A stretch of 64,000 bases of DNA from contig CAVXIR010000007.1 in assembly GCA_963761975.1 (NCBI GenBank), forward strand, positions 558,965 to 622,964, given 5' to 3'. The DNA is from Vicinamibacterales bacterium. Its GTDB lineage: Bacteria; Acidobacteriota; Vicinamibacteria; Vicinamibacterales; JAMQPK01. This document shows positions 35,967-44,413 of this stretch, piece after piece. The position numbers and the translations under genes are program-made. Within the stretch, counting starts at the first letter, position 1; each line of letters opens with the position of its first letter. The notes beneath the pieces were generated by a model that was not told where the DNA came from, did not search any database, and worked only from the letters and a program-made list of their open reading frames with translations.

Positions 35967-36235
35967 TCATGTCCCCGCTTGATTCTCATTCCTCATGACC
36001 GCCCCCAGCCGCTGAACGGCGCGGTTCACGGCCATTCTCGCGCCGTCAGGCGTATTGAATCCAAACTGCTCGGCAATTTCAGCGACGCTCCATTGTGCTT
36101 CGACGCGTGCGATCACGAGCTCCCGCTCACGGGGCTTCAGCCGGCCCATGGCCGCGCGGTAGTGATCGTAGGTTTCATGCTCGAGCGCCTGATCAAGTGG
36201 CGACGGATCCTCAGACGGGAATTCCGGCGGCAGCT
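35967..36235 (-). pseudogene. ECF sigma factor relic; only the linker plus region 4 remain
   Basis: ..YRAAMGRLKPRERELVIARVEAQWSVAEIAEQFGFNTPDGARMAVNRAVQRL is a sigma70 region 4 HTH. No region 2 is present. Upstream it runs straight into the GTTCGTG array. Confidence 0.75.
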
Positions 36236-36236
36236 C

Positions 36237-36355
36237 TTCGTGAAGTTCGTGGAGGTTCGTGGGTTCGTGGGGTTCGTGGGTTCGTGAGTTCGTGGGTTCG
36301 TAGGTTCGTGGAGTTCGTGGTTCGTGAGTTCGTCGGTTTGTAGTTCGTGGTTCGA
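36237..36355. repeat. tandem array of GTTCGTG units (reverse orientation of CACGAAC), about 14 units
   Basis: Read directly. It forms the left arm of an inverted pair with 36936-37075. Confidence 0.9.
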
Positions 36356-36464
36356 ATTCCGCGTACTTCGCGACGAGGTGGTACGGCAAAAACTGCCTCG
36401 GCGGGCGACTTTGGTTGATTTCGCTGGCGTTGTCGCTGGCCCATACATTGCTCCTTCCCTTCGT

Positions 36465-36893
36465 ATGCGTCGCTATCAAGATTTCAAGGCGTGGCAGCTC
36501 GCACGCGACCTGCACCGGAAAGTCTTTGCGATGACGTCAACGGGCCCAGCGTCTCGCGACTTCAAGTTTCGCGACAATATGCGTGACGCGGCTGATTCGG
36601 CGCAGCGGAATTTTCCCGAAGGATTCGGCCGGTTTGCGCCGGCCGACTTTGCACACTTCTTGGATCACTCCCGCGCGTCTCTGCTGGAGGTGAAGAACGC
36701 AATCGGCGAGGGATTCGAGCGTAAGTATTTTCGCAACGACGAGTGCGTCGAGGCAGACTCACTAGCGGCTCGCGCGTTGAAAGCGCTGTCTGGGCTGCAG
36801 CAGTATCTGCGATCTCCGGAGGCGAAACGAAACGCCGACCGCGCCCGCGCGCAACACATTGCGCGACGAACCCAACGAAACTCACACACCTGA
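36465..36893 (+). CDS. four-helix-bundle protein ('23S rRNA intervening-sequence protein' family, 142 aa)
   Basis: MRRYQDFKAWQLARDLHRKVFAMT...RDNMRDAADSAQRNFPEGFGR....F..FL..S..SL.EV...I is the pattern I recognise for this family. Confidence 0.85.
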   Translation: MRRYQDFKAWQLARDLHRKVFAMTSTGPASRDFKFRDNMRDAADSAQRNFPEGFGRFAPADFAHFLDHSRASLLEVKNAIGEGFERKYFRNDECVEADSLAARALKALSGLQQYLRSPEAKRNADRARAQHIARRTQRNSHT

Positions 36894-36935
36894 TAGCGAC
36901 CGAACGAACCCGCTGATCCCCCAAGGGCCGACTTG

Positions 36936-37075
36936 CCACGAACCTACGAACCCCACGAACCCCACGAACCTACGAACTGTACGAACCCCACGAACCCCAC
37001 GAAGCTACGAACTGCACGAACTCCACGAACCCCCGAACTCCACGAACTCTCACGAACCCACGAAAGCCGGTTTCA
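36936..37075. repeat. tandem array of CACGAACC units, about 16 units; right arm of the inverted pair
   Basis: Read directly. Degenerate units begin already at about 36862, inside the last codons of the four-helix-bundle gene. Confidence 0.9.
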
Positions 37076-37133
37076 ACTCGTCGGGCGACGGATTCAACAG
37101 ATCTTCCGGGACCGGCCACGACGGTTCAGCCAT

Positions 37134-37229
37134 TCAGTACGCCGCAATCGCGCCGCCGTAGCCGGATCCGACCACGATGACGTCATAACGGGAGCGCAAT
37201 TCGCCGATGGGCGTTGATAGGCTCGGCAT
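37134..37229 (-). pseudogene. N-terminal stump (31 codons) of an FAD-dependent oxidoreductase (Rossmann GxGxxG)
   Basis: MPSLSTPIGELRSRYDVIVVGSGYGGAIAAY then a stop. The rest of the gene is missing and the array follows about 60 nt downstream. Confidence 0.55.
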
Positions 37230-37348
37230 CTCAGGTCACGGTTGGGCGAAAACGGCCGATAAGCTATCGTGTGTATGTGTAGAAGGCAGATTCTTCCACT
37301 AACCGAAGACCCCTGCCAGCGGAAAGTAATCCACTCACGTCAACGACC

Positions 37349-38227
37349 GTGAACACCGAATCGAACAGCTCCATCGACGCTTCGCTGGTCGAACGCCTCT
37401 ATCGCCGGGCGAAAGCCAAGCGCTGGCATTTGTCGCACGACGCTTTTGCCGCGGTGCTCGAGACGAGTTGCGCCAAGGCTTTTGCGAATGGGGATCCCGA
37501 ATCGGATGAGCTGTCCCGTTACCTCGAGTCGCTGCATCTCGAGGACCTGGCGCTGGCGTGTGCCTGCGCACTCGGCGATGCCGTTGCGTGGGATCATTTT
37601 GTGATGGAGATGCGTCCAGGCCTGTATCGCGCCGCCGACGCCCTCGATCCGTCGGGCGGCGCCCGCGAGCTGGCCGATTCGCTGTACGGCGATCTCTACG
37701 GTGTCGACAATCGCGGCGAAGCGCGACAGTCGCTGTTGCGGTATTTCCACGGCCGCAGCAGTCTCGCCACGTGGCTTCGTGCCGTGCTGGCGCAGCGACA
37801 CGTCGACCGCATGCGTGTGACGCGACGTGTTGAGCCGCTGCCCGAGGAGATCGCTGCCAGTACACCATTCGAAGCCGCCGACGCCGAATGCCCCAAGTAC
37901 GTCGAGTTTCTCCGTACCGCGCTCGAGCACGCGCTGACGCATCTCGAACCACGCGATCGGCTGCGATTGGGTCTCTACTACGCTCAGCAGCTCACGCTCG
38001 CCGAAACCGGCAGGCTCCTGAAGGAACACGAGGCGACAGCGTCGCGGCAGCTGGCACGGACGCGTAAAGCCGTTCGGAATGAGGTGGAAAAGAAGCTCCG
38101 CGCCGGCGGGTTGAGCGAGGCTGAGGTCGCCCGGTGTTTCGAGTGCGCCGCCAAAGACGCCGGGACGATGAATCTCGAAGAGATGTTGGGCTCGCGCAAG
38201 GAATTCGCGCAGGATCGTTCTGTATGA
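37349..38227 (+). CDS. sigma-70 family (ECF-like) RNA polymerase sigma factor (292 aa, GTG start)
   Basis: Region 2-like ..SLATWLRAVLAQRHVD.. and region 4 ..LEPRDRLRLGLYYAQQLTLAETGRLLKEHEATASRQLARTRKAVR. Confidence 0.8.
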   Translation: MNTESNSSIDASLVERLYRRAKAKRWHLSHDAFAAVLETSCAKAFANGDPESDELSRYLESLHLEDLALACACALGDAVAWDHFVMEMRPGLYRAADALDPSGGARELADSLYGDLYGVDNRGEARQSLLRYFHGRSSLATWLRAVLAQRHVDRMRVTRRVEPLPEEIAASTPFEAADAECPKYVEFLRTALEHALTHLEPRDRLRLGLYYAQQLTLAETGRLLKEHEATASRQLARTRKAVRNEVEKKLRAGGLSEAEVARCFECAAKDAGTMNLEEMLGSRKEFAQDRSV

Positions 38228-39273
38228 AGAAGGAACCAATGGCGGACGACCACGATCGTGAGATGTGGCTTGGCCCGATGTTGCGGCAGGGGCCGACGGC
38301 GGTGTCCGATCCGTGTATCGACCCCGAGTCGCTCGCCGCCTGGGCGGAAGGCAAGCTGGACACGACACAGGCTGGTGCCGTTGAGCTGCACGCGTCGAAC
38401 TGCCAGCGCTGTATGGCGATGTTGGCGTCGATGGCACGTACCACTCCGGCCGAGGAAGAACGGAAGGCATCGTGGAGTAGAGCGGTGTTGATGCGATGGC
38501 TGGTCCCGTTGACAGCGGCGGCCACGGCTATCGCGATCTGGGTGCTGGTGCCGGATCGGCCGGTTACACAGGTACCCTCGGCGACTGTGCCGCACGAAAG
38601 CGCCCCGCAGGAAAGCGCGCGGCAGGATCAGTCGCGTCGACTAGCCAAGGAACCCGACGTTCCGGCGCCGAGGCCGGTGCCGGAGGCCGGCAAGCAGGAT
38701 CAATCCGCGCAGGATCAATTCGCACCCGTGCTGCCGGTCGAGCGAGATGCCGCGATCCAGCGAGAGCCGCCCCCAAGCGCCCTCGAGAACGCAGGACGTC
38801 GTGCTGAGGTGAAGGAGGAGCGTCAGTCACTCGATGCACTCAGAGAGCAAAGCCTTTCAACGTTGAGGGATCGAGCGGCGGCGGCGCCATCGCAAGCTCC
38901 CGCGGCACAGCTGCCCTCCGCTCCGGCCCCAGCGGGGAACGAAACGTTTGCCGCTCCAATGGTTCAGCAGCAGCTGGCGGCGCCAGCCGCTCCGTCGAGC
39001 GAGTCGACGTCGCCGACCGATCCGCTCATCCGATGGAGGGTCGTTGGCTGGGTTGCCGTTGAGCGATCGATTGACGGCGGCAACACCTGGATTAAGACGA
39101 CCACGCCTCCTGGTGTGATCCCGAATGGCACGCCCATGCTCTGGATCATGTCTGTTCGAGCCGTGGACAACCTGCGGGGAACGATTTTAACTTCAGACCG
39201 TAGAGAGTTTTACACGACCAACGGCGGTATCTCCTGGGAGCGCGTGCAAGAAAATTCAGTAGCTCCGTTCTAA
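38224..39273 (+). CDS. anti-sigma factor (zf-HC2, single TM) with Pro/Ala-rich linker and C-terminal Asp-box (BNR-like) domain
   Basis: ATGA overlap with the sigma gene. H-x3-C-x2-C (HASNCQRC). TM segment WLVPLTAAATAIAIWVLV. SIDGGNTW and TTNGGISW Asp-box motifs. Confidence 0.75.
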   Translation: MKKEPMADDHDREMWLGPMLRQGPTAVSDPCIDPESLAAWAEGKLDTTQAGAVELHASNCQRCMAMLASMARTTPAEEERKASWSRAVLMRWLVPLTAAATAIAIWVLVPDRPVTQVPSATVPHESAPQESARQDQSRRLAKEPDVPAPRPVPEAGKQDQSAQDQFAPVLPVERDAAIQREPPPSALENAGRRAEVKEERQSLDALREQSLSTLRDRAAAAPSQAPAAQLPSAPAPAGNETFAAPMVQQQLAAPAAPSSESTSPTDPLIRWRVVGWVAVERSIDGGNTWIKTTTPPGVIPNGTPMLWIMSVRAVDNLRGTILTSDRREFYTTNGGISWERVQENSVAPF

Positions 39274-39312
39274 GAACAGTGGGGAAGGACCCCACGTTCA
39301 AAGGAGTTTCGA

Positions 39313-40788
39313 ATGCTTGCACGGCTCGGTTTTCTCGCTTCTGTCTGTGTTGCGCTGACTGCCTTTTCAATTCCGGTTAATCCGACCATAGAGCCAGTGC
39401 AGGCCGCGCCCGCAGCCGGACAGGGCTCAACCACGCTGGACGATCAGGTCGATCTGAGCGTCACCGTCTACAACTCGGATATCGCGCTCGTCCGCGATGT
39501 GCGGAACCTCGACCTTCCGCGCGGCACGTTCAATCTGAGTTTCATGGACATCGCGGCGACCGTGAATCCCGCGACCGTGCTGTTCCGATCGCTCAGCGAG
39601 CCGTCGCGTGTGAGCGTCCTCGAGCAGAATTACGAGTACGACCTCCTCGAGCCCGAGAAGCTCTTGCGCAAGTACGTCGGCCGCGACGTGACGCTCGTAC
39701 GCAGCCGGCAGGTGGACGGCACGACACAGCAGGAAGAAGTCACGGCGCACCTGCTGAGTTACAACACTCAGCCGGTCTGGAGAATCGGCAAGGAAATCGT
39801 GACCGGATTGCACGCCGATCACATTCGCTTTCCCGAGTTGCCCGACACCCTCTACAGCCGCCCGACGCTGATTTGGACGCTGGAGAACGGCGGCGCGTCA
39901 CGCCACCGCGTCGAGGCGAAATACCTGGCTGGCAAGCTGTCATGGAATGCCGATTACGTGCTGACGGTGGCGCGCGACGACAAGGCGGGCGACGTCGATG
40001 GCTGGGTGACGCTGACCAACGGCAGCGGCACGGCGTTTCGCAACGCGAAGCTGCAACTCGTGGCGGGCGATCTGAATCGCGTGCGCCAGAACATCGACAG
40101 ACTGATGATGGCCGACCAAGCCATGGGTCGTCGAGAGATGGCCGCTGCGCCGATGGCGCAGGAAGCGTTTTCCGAGTATCACCTCTACACGCTTGGCCGA
40201 AAGACGACGATCAACAACAACGAGACCAAGCAGGTCAGCATGCTGTCCGGGACCGGCTTCCCGGTTCACAAGCGGTATGTCGTCAACGGCAATCAGTTCT
40301 ACTATCACAACGCTGCGAGGCCCGGCGCGCCGATCAAAGACAACGTGGAAGTGTTCTATCAGTTCAAGAACGAAGAGAAGAGCGGCCTGGGCATGCCGAT
40401 GCCGGCCGGCACCGTCCGTGTGTATCAGTCCGATTCAAACGGCGGCGTGCAGTTTGTCGGTGAAGACCGCATCATGCACACGCCGAAGGACGAAACGCTG
40501 AACCTGAAGATCGGAAACGCGTTCGATGTGGTGTGCGAGCGCAATCAGGTCGACTTCGAAAAGATCGCCGCCAATGTCTACGAAATCGAGTACGCCATCA
40601 CGTTGCGCAACCGGAAGACCACGCCGATTACGGTCGAGGTGAACGAGCCCGTCGGCGCCGCGACCTGGCGCATGCTCCATGCGTCGCACAAATGGGTCAA
40701 AACGGCCGCATTCGCGGCGCAGTTCACGGTTCCGGTGGATGCAGGTGCGGAAGCGGTGCTGAAATTTCGGATTCGAGTGAACGGGTAG
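39313..40788 (+). CDS. DUF4139 domain protein, secreted (491 aa)
   Basis: Signal peptide. Pattern ..VTVYNSDIALVRD.R...L..G......D....V.P.T........YEYDL.. plus ..W.A.Y.L....D...D..GWVT..N.SG..F..A.L.LVAGD matches my memory of DUF4139. Confidence 0.75.
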   Translation: MLARLGFLASVCVALTAFSIPVNPTIEPVQAAPAAGQGSTTLDDQVDLSVTVYNSDIALVRDVRNLDLPRGTFNLSFMDIAATVNPATVLFRSLSEPSRVSVLEQNYEYDLLEPEKLLRKYVGRDVTLVRSRQVDGTTQQEEVTAHLLSYNTQPVWRIGKEIVTGLHADHIRFPELPDTLYSRPTLIWTLENGGASRHRVEAKYLAGKLSWNADYVLTVARDDKAGDVDGWVTLTNGSGTAFRNAKLQLVAGDLNRVRQNIDRLMMADQAMGRREMAAAPMAQEAFSEYHLYTLGRKTTINNNETKQVSMLSGTGFPVHKRYVVNGNQFYYHNAARPGAPIKDNVEVFYQFKNEEKSGLGMPMPAGTVRVYQSDSNGGVQFVGEDRIMHTPKDETLNLKIGNAFDVVCERNQVDFEKIAANVYEIEYAITLRNRKTTPITVEVNEPVGAATWRMLHASHKWVKTAAFAAQFTVPVDAGAEAVLKFRIRVNG

Positions 40789-40802
40789 GGTAAGTGTCGT
40801 GT

Positions 40803-40897
40803 GCATTGCCACATTGAGAATTGACGATTGCCGGACTAATTGGCGATTGAGAAATCGTCAATCAATGGACAATTGCCAATCGAAAATGTGGCAATGC
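40803..40897. repeat. GCATTGCC...GGCAATGC palindromic element, copy b (95 bp)
   Basis: Termini GCATTGCCACATT / AATGTGGCAATGC. Lies between convergent gene ends. Confidence 0.85.
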
Positions 40898-40910
40898 TGC
40901 CGACTCGGAA

Positions 40911-41969
40911 CTAGTGGCTCACGCTCGTCACATGTTCCTTAAGTAAGTCTCGCCCAAAGTCTCCATTGAAATCACGCCAGACGGAATGCACGTGATTGCC
41001 GTCGTTCTGCGTGTTGTCGAACTCGATCAGGAAGGTTGGCCCCTGCACGCGGTAGTAATGCTTCTTTCCCCGCTCGAACTCGCCGGCCCAGGCGAACGTC
41101 AGCTTGTCGAGCCCCGCTTTCTTGAGGGCCGCCATCCGGTCGGCGGCAATATCAGGTGCCATCACCGAGACGTAGGCGTCGACGACCCGCATCAGCATCT
41201 CGCGCTGCTTCGGTTGAAGATCCGTTGCGGCAATGCCCGTCGGGGTGAGCGGATTGACGGTGCCCTCGTTGCGCGTGACGATGTCGTTCGGCGCCGTCGC
41301 GTTGATCACGGCTTTTGCGCGCTGTGATTCGTCGAGCGCCATCACGAGCTCGCGGGCCGGATCTTCTTCGAAGCCGAGCACCCTCAAACCCTTCTTGGGG
41401 CCGTCCTTCACTTCTGCCGGGTTTGATCCGAAGAAGTGCGGTGCGGCTGAGACCATGTTGCCGCCGGTCACGGTGAAGTTGAGCGAAACGTGATGGCCTT
41501 CGACTTTCCATCCCCACGTTCCCTTTGCTGAAGGCGTGCCGAACACCCACACGTAATACTTCAGCGGGTTGCGCTCGAGCTTGCCGGGTTTTGAACCCGG
41601 CGGGTTCTCAATGAGGTTAAGGATGCTTTCAAGCTCCATGATGGCGGAGGCCGTCATATAGCCTTTTTGGCTGAGGCCCGCCTTCATCAGGTTATGCGCC
41701 GCCTGCCGCTGGGGCTCGGTCATCTTCTCAATGGTCAGGCCCACCCGCGGATGCATCTCGGTAGGAACGAAGCCGAAGCGCTCGCGCTCTTTGGCATTGT
41801 CGAACGCGAAGCTGGCGGTCTGCTTCTGTTCGGGGGCGAGTGTCGAAAGGAACTTGTTGGCCGCGTCGGCCATGTTCGCGGGGGACCGATCGGCGGCATA
41901 GGTTGCGGCGAAGTACGCCAGTACGCAGCCAAGCCACAGGGCAAACCGAGCTGAACGTAGTGCACGCAT
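40911..41969 (-). CDS. DUF3500 domain protein, secreted (352 aa)
   Basis: ..FLSTLAPEQK....F.F....R..F.F.P......G.....M...Q...A..L....LS..G; W.W...GHH.SLN.T and a terminal ..DFG.D.L..H are typical. Confidence 0.8.
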   Translation of the reverse strand: MRALRSARFALWLGCVLAYFAATYAADRSPANMADAANKFLSTLAPEQKQTASFAFDNAKERERFGFVPTEMHPRVGLTIEKMTEPQRQAAHNLMKAGLSQKGYMTASAIMELESILNLIENPPGSKPGKLERNPLKYYVWVFGTPSAKGTWGWKVEGHHVSLNFTVTGGNMVSAAPHFFGSNPAEVKDGPKKGLRVLGFEEDPARELVMALDESQRAKAVINATAPNDIVTRNEGTVNPLTPTGIAATDLQPKQREMLMRVVDAYVSVMAPDIAADRMAALKKAGLDKLTFAWAGEFERGKKHYYRVQGPTFLIEFDNTQNDGNHVHSVWRDFNGDFGRDLLKEHVTSVSH

Positions 41970-42048
41970 GGGAGAATCCTTTCGAACCACAAAGACACGA
42001 AGACACGAAGGATTTGTGCCGGGAAGAGTATCATAGCCCCAACTATTC

Positions 42049-43167
42049 ATGCCCCGAACCCTCTTTGTTTCTACGGTCCTTCTGGCGATCGGGCTTCCCG
42101 TCAGCTGGCTGGCGGCGCAGGAGTCGCGTGTGCCTTTTGTGTACGTATCGGGTTATCGGCCAGAGATCGCCATCTTTCGACTCGATACGGCGGGCGGCCG
42201 GCTGATCCCGGCCGGCAAGGCCACCAACGTTGGGCAGGAGCCGTCGTTTCTGGCCTTCGACCCGACGGCGAAATACCTGTTTGCCGTCAACGAGACCGAC
42301 CCGGGCCGTGTCCGTTCCTTCACAATCAATCAGGCGAGCGGCGGGTTGACGCCCATCAATGATGTGCCGTCGATGGGCAGCATCACCGCTCATCTCTCGA
42401 CTGACAAGACCGGCCGGTGGCTGCTGGTCGCCAATTACGGCGACACCAAACAGGGCACCATTGCGTCGATTCCGATCGGCCCTGACGGGCGGCTGAGCGA
42501 GGCGGTCGACACCCGGGAGTTTGGCCTGGGATCGATGGCGCATTACATCAGTTCCGATCCGGGCAACCGATTCGTGTTCGTCCCCCTGAAAGGGGGGCCG
42601 TCGGTCGCCCAGCTGGTGTTCGACCCGGCCACGGGCCGAATGAAACCGAACGTGCCGCCACAGGTGACGGCGGCACCGGGTGCGGGGCCTCGTCACCTCG
42701 ACTTTCATCCAAACGGTCGCTTTGCGTATGTCATCAACGAGCTCGATTTGACGATGGCGGCATTTGCCTACGACGCGAAGACGGGACTCTTGCGCGAGCT
42801 CCAGGTGCTTCCGACACTTCCGGCAGCCGCCGACAAGGTGGGCGCATCGGCTGCGGATGTCCACGTGCATCGCTCGGGACGATTTCTTTACGGCTCGAAC
42901 CGCGGCCACAACAGCATCGTCATCTTTCGCCTGGCCGACGACGGCCGCATGACCCTTGTCGGCCACGAGTCGCGCACCATACTCCGGCCGCGTAATTTCA
43001 CGATCGATCCCACCGGCACGTTGATGCTCGTCGCCAACCAGGATGGTGCGAGCGTCTCGATCTTCCGAATCGATCAGAACAAGGGAACATTGGAGCCGGT
43101 CGGGCAGCCGACGCCGGTCGGACAGAACCCTTCGTTCGTCGGGGTTGTGATGTTGGCGGGAAAATAG
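42049..43167 (+). CDS. lactonase-family 7-bladed beta-propeller (6-phosphogluconolactonase-like), secreted
   Basis: ..PSFLAFDP..KYLFAVNE.., GPRHLDFHPNGRFAYVINEL, HRSGRFLYGSNRGHNSIVIF and RNFTIDPTG..L.VANQD.. are hallmark repeats. Confidence 0.85.
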   Translation: MPRTLFVSTVLLAIGLPVSWLAAQESRVPFVYVSGYRPEIAIFRLDTAGGRLIPAGKATNVGQEPSFLAFDPTAKYLFAVNETDPGRVRSFTINQASGGLTPINDVPSMGSITAHLSTDKTGRWLLVANYGDTKQGTIASIPIGPDGRLSEAVDTREFGLGSMAHYISSDPGNRFVFVPLKGGPSVAQLVFDPATGRMKPNVPPQVTAAPGAGPRHLDFHPNGRFAYVINELDLTMAAFAYDAKTGLLRELQVLPTLPAAADKVGASAADVHVHRSGRFLYGSNRGHNSIVIFRLADDGRMTLVGHESRTILRPRNFTIDPTGTLMLVANQDGASVSIFRIDQNKGTLEPVGQPTPVGQNPSFVGVVMLAGK

Positions 43168-43169
43168 AG

Positions 43170-43221
43170 CTCGTGGGTTCGTTGGGTTCGTGAGGTTCGT
43201 AAGGTTCGTAAGGTTCGTCGG
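43170..43221. repeat. tandem array of GGTTCGT units, about 6 units
   Basis: Read directly, immediately after the lactonase stop. Confidence 0.85.
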
Positions 43222-43222
43222 T

Positions 43223-43247
43223 ACGTAGTGTCCGGCTTCAGCCGGAC
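43223..43247. repeat. ACGTAG-type hairpin ACGTAG-T-GTCCGGC-TTCA-GCCGGAC
   Basis: Read directly, 13 nt before the next start codon. Confidence 0.7.
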
Positions 43248-43259
43248 CGTGGAGGCGAC

Positions 43260-44210
43260 ATGCGGGTTCTGCTTTCGTTGTTGCTGCTGTTTCCGATTGT
43301 GATCTCCGCGCAAGAGCAACCGCGCGTCCTTTACTATCCGAAACCCCTCAACCGCGAATACAAGCCGCCGATGAAGCCGGTGACCCGGCTGGCAGACCTG
43401 AAGGCGAAGAACCAGGGCAAAACCACCTGGCGCGAGCCCGTTATCAATGACGGCAACTCGGTGTCGTTCATGGTGCAGGAACCGCCCGGCACCAAGTACG
43501 AACGCCGCATGTATCCGGATTCTGCGGGGTGGTTCATTGTCCTCGACGGACAAGTTCGGTTTGAAGTGGAGAAAGCCGACGGCACCTTCGAGATCATCAA
43601 TGCGACGAAGGGGTCGTATGTGTTCGTGCCCGAGCGCCTTCTGCATTCGATCGAGGTCATGGGCAACACGCCGGCGATTCGATACGAAGTCGCGTCGGGA
43701 CCGTCATCAACACCGGTCTACGAGAAGCGGCCGGCGCAGGCACCCAAGGGTGTCGAGTACATTCCGGTGACGTTGGGCACCGGGTTGAACCCGCTGGATG
43801 TGTACAACCAGGGAAACGGCGGCCAACCATGGCCGTACCACGTGAACGTGTACGAACTCGAGAAGCGGAACGCCACGAAGAAAGGGTTCACGCAGGAGGC
43901 GATGCGCGCCAACCGCGCGCGCGGCAATTTCATCTGCGGCTATCGTCCCACGGCATTTCCGACGGAGAAGGGCGATCGAGGTCACCTGCACACTGATACC
44001 GCCGAATCATGGATCGTCATGCTGGGCGAGTTGCGGTGGGTCTTCGAAGGCGACGAGAAGACCGCGATCATCGCGCAGCAGGGCGACATCATCTATGCCG
44101 TACCGGGCACGTTCCACTCGCCGCAGTTCTGGGGCAAGGAAGGTCTGAACTGCCGGCTGACCCAAAGCACCATGCCATCGCTGAACCATTTGTACGATGC
44201 GAAGAAGTAG
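43260..44210 (+). CDS. secreted bicupin-like hypothetical protein (316 aa)
   Basis: Signal peptide MRVLLSLLLLFPIVISAQ and two cupin-like G..(Y/I)V.VP....H segments. Confidence 0.55.
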   Translation: MRVLLSLLLLFPIVISAQEQPRVLYYPKPLNREYKPPMKPVTRLADLKAKNQGKTTWREPVINDGNSVSFMVQEPPGTKYERRMYPDSAGWFIVLDGQVRFEVEKADGTFEIINATKGSYVFVPERLLHSIEVMGNTPAIRYEVASGPSSTPVYEKRPAQAPKGVEYIPVTLGTGLNPLDVYNQGNGGQPWPYHVNVYELEKRNATKKGFTQEAMRANRARGNFICGYRPTAFPTEKGDRGHLHTDTAESWIVMLGELRWVFEGDEKTAIIAQQGDIIYAVPGTFHSPQFWGKEGLNCRLTQSTMPSLNHLYDAKK

Positions 44211-44250
44211 GCGAACGGTGCCTCGTTTACCTCTGTGGTTGCATTTCCTG

Positions 44251-44413
44251 GTGTCCCGGCCGCGTGATTCGTTGCATAAGTCCCGGAGCGCGGCGCCCGG
44301 ATGGCAAGGCGCGAGGCGCGCGGGAATTATCGGGAATATTTGAGCGCCGAGCAACGCAGCCAGCCGGGATGCCCCGCCCGGGAGTTATGTGACGAATCAC
44401 GCGGCCGGGACAC
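44251..44413. repeat. 163-bp element bounded by a perfect 22-bp inverted repeat (GTGTCCCGGCCGCGTGATTCGT / ACGAATCACGCGGCCGGGACAC)
   Basis: Read directly. Pairing continues imperfectly for about 11 more nt inward. Lies between convergent genes, abutting the sigma factor stop. Confidence 0.85.
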
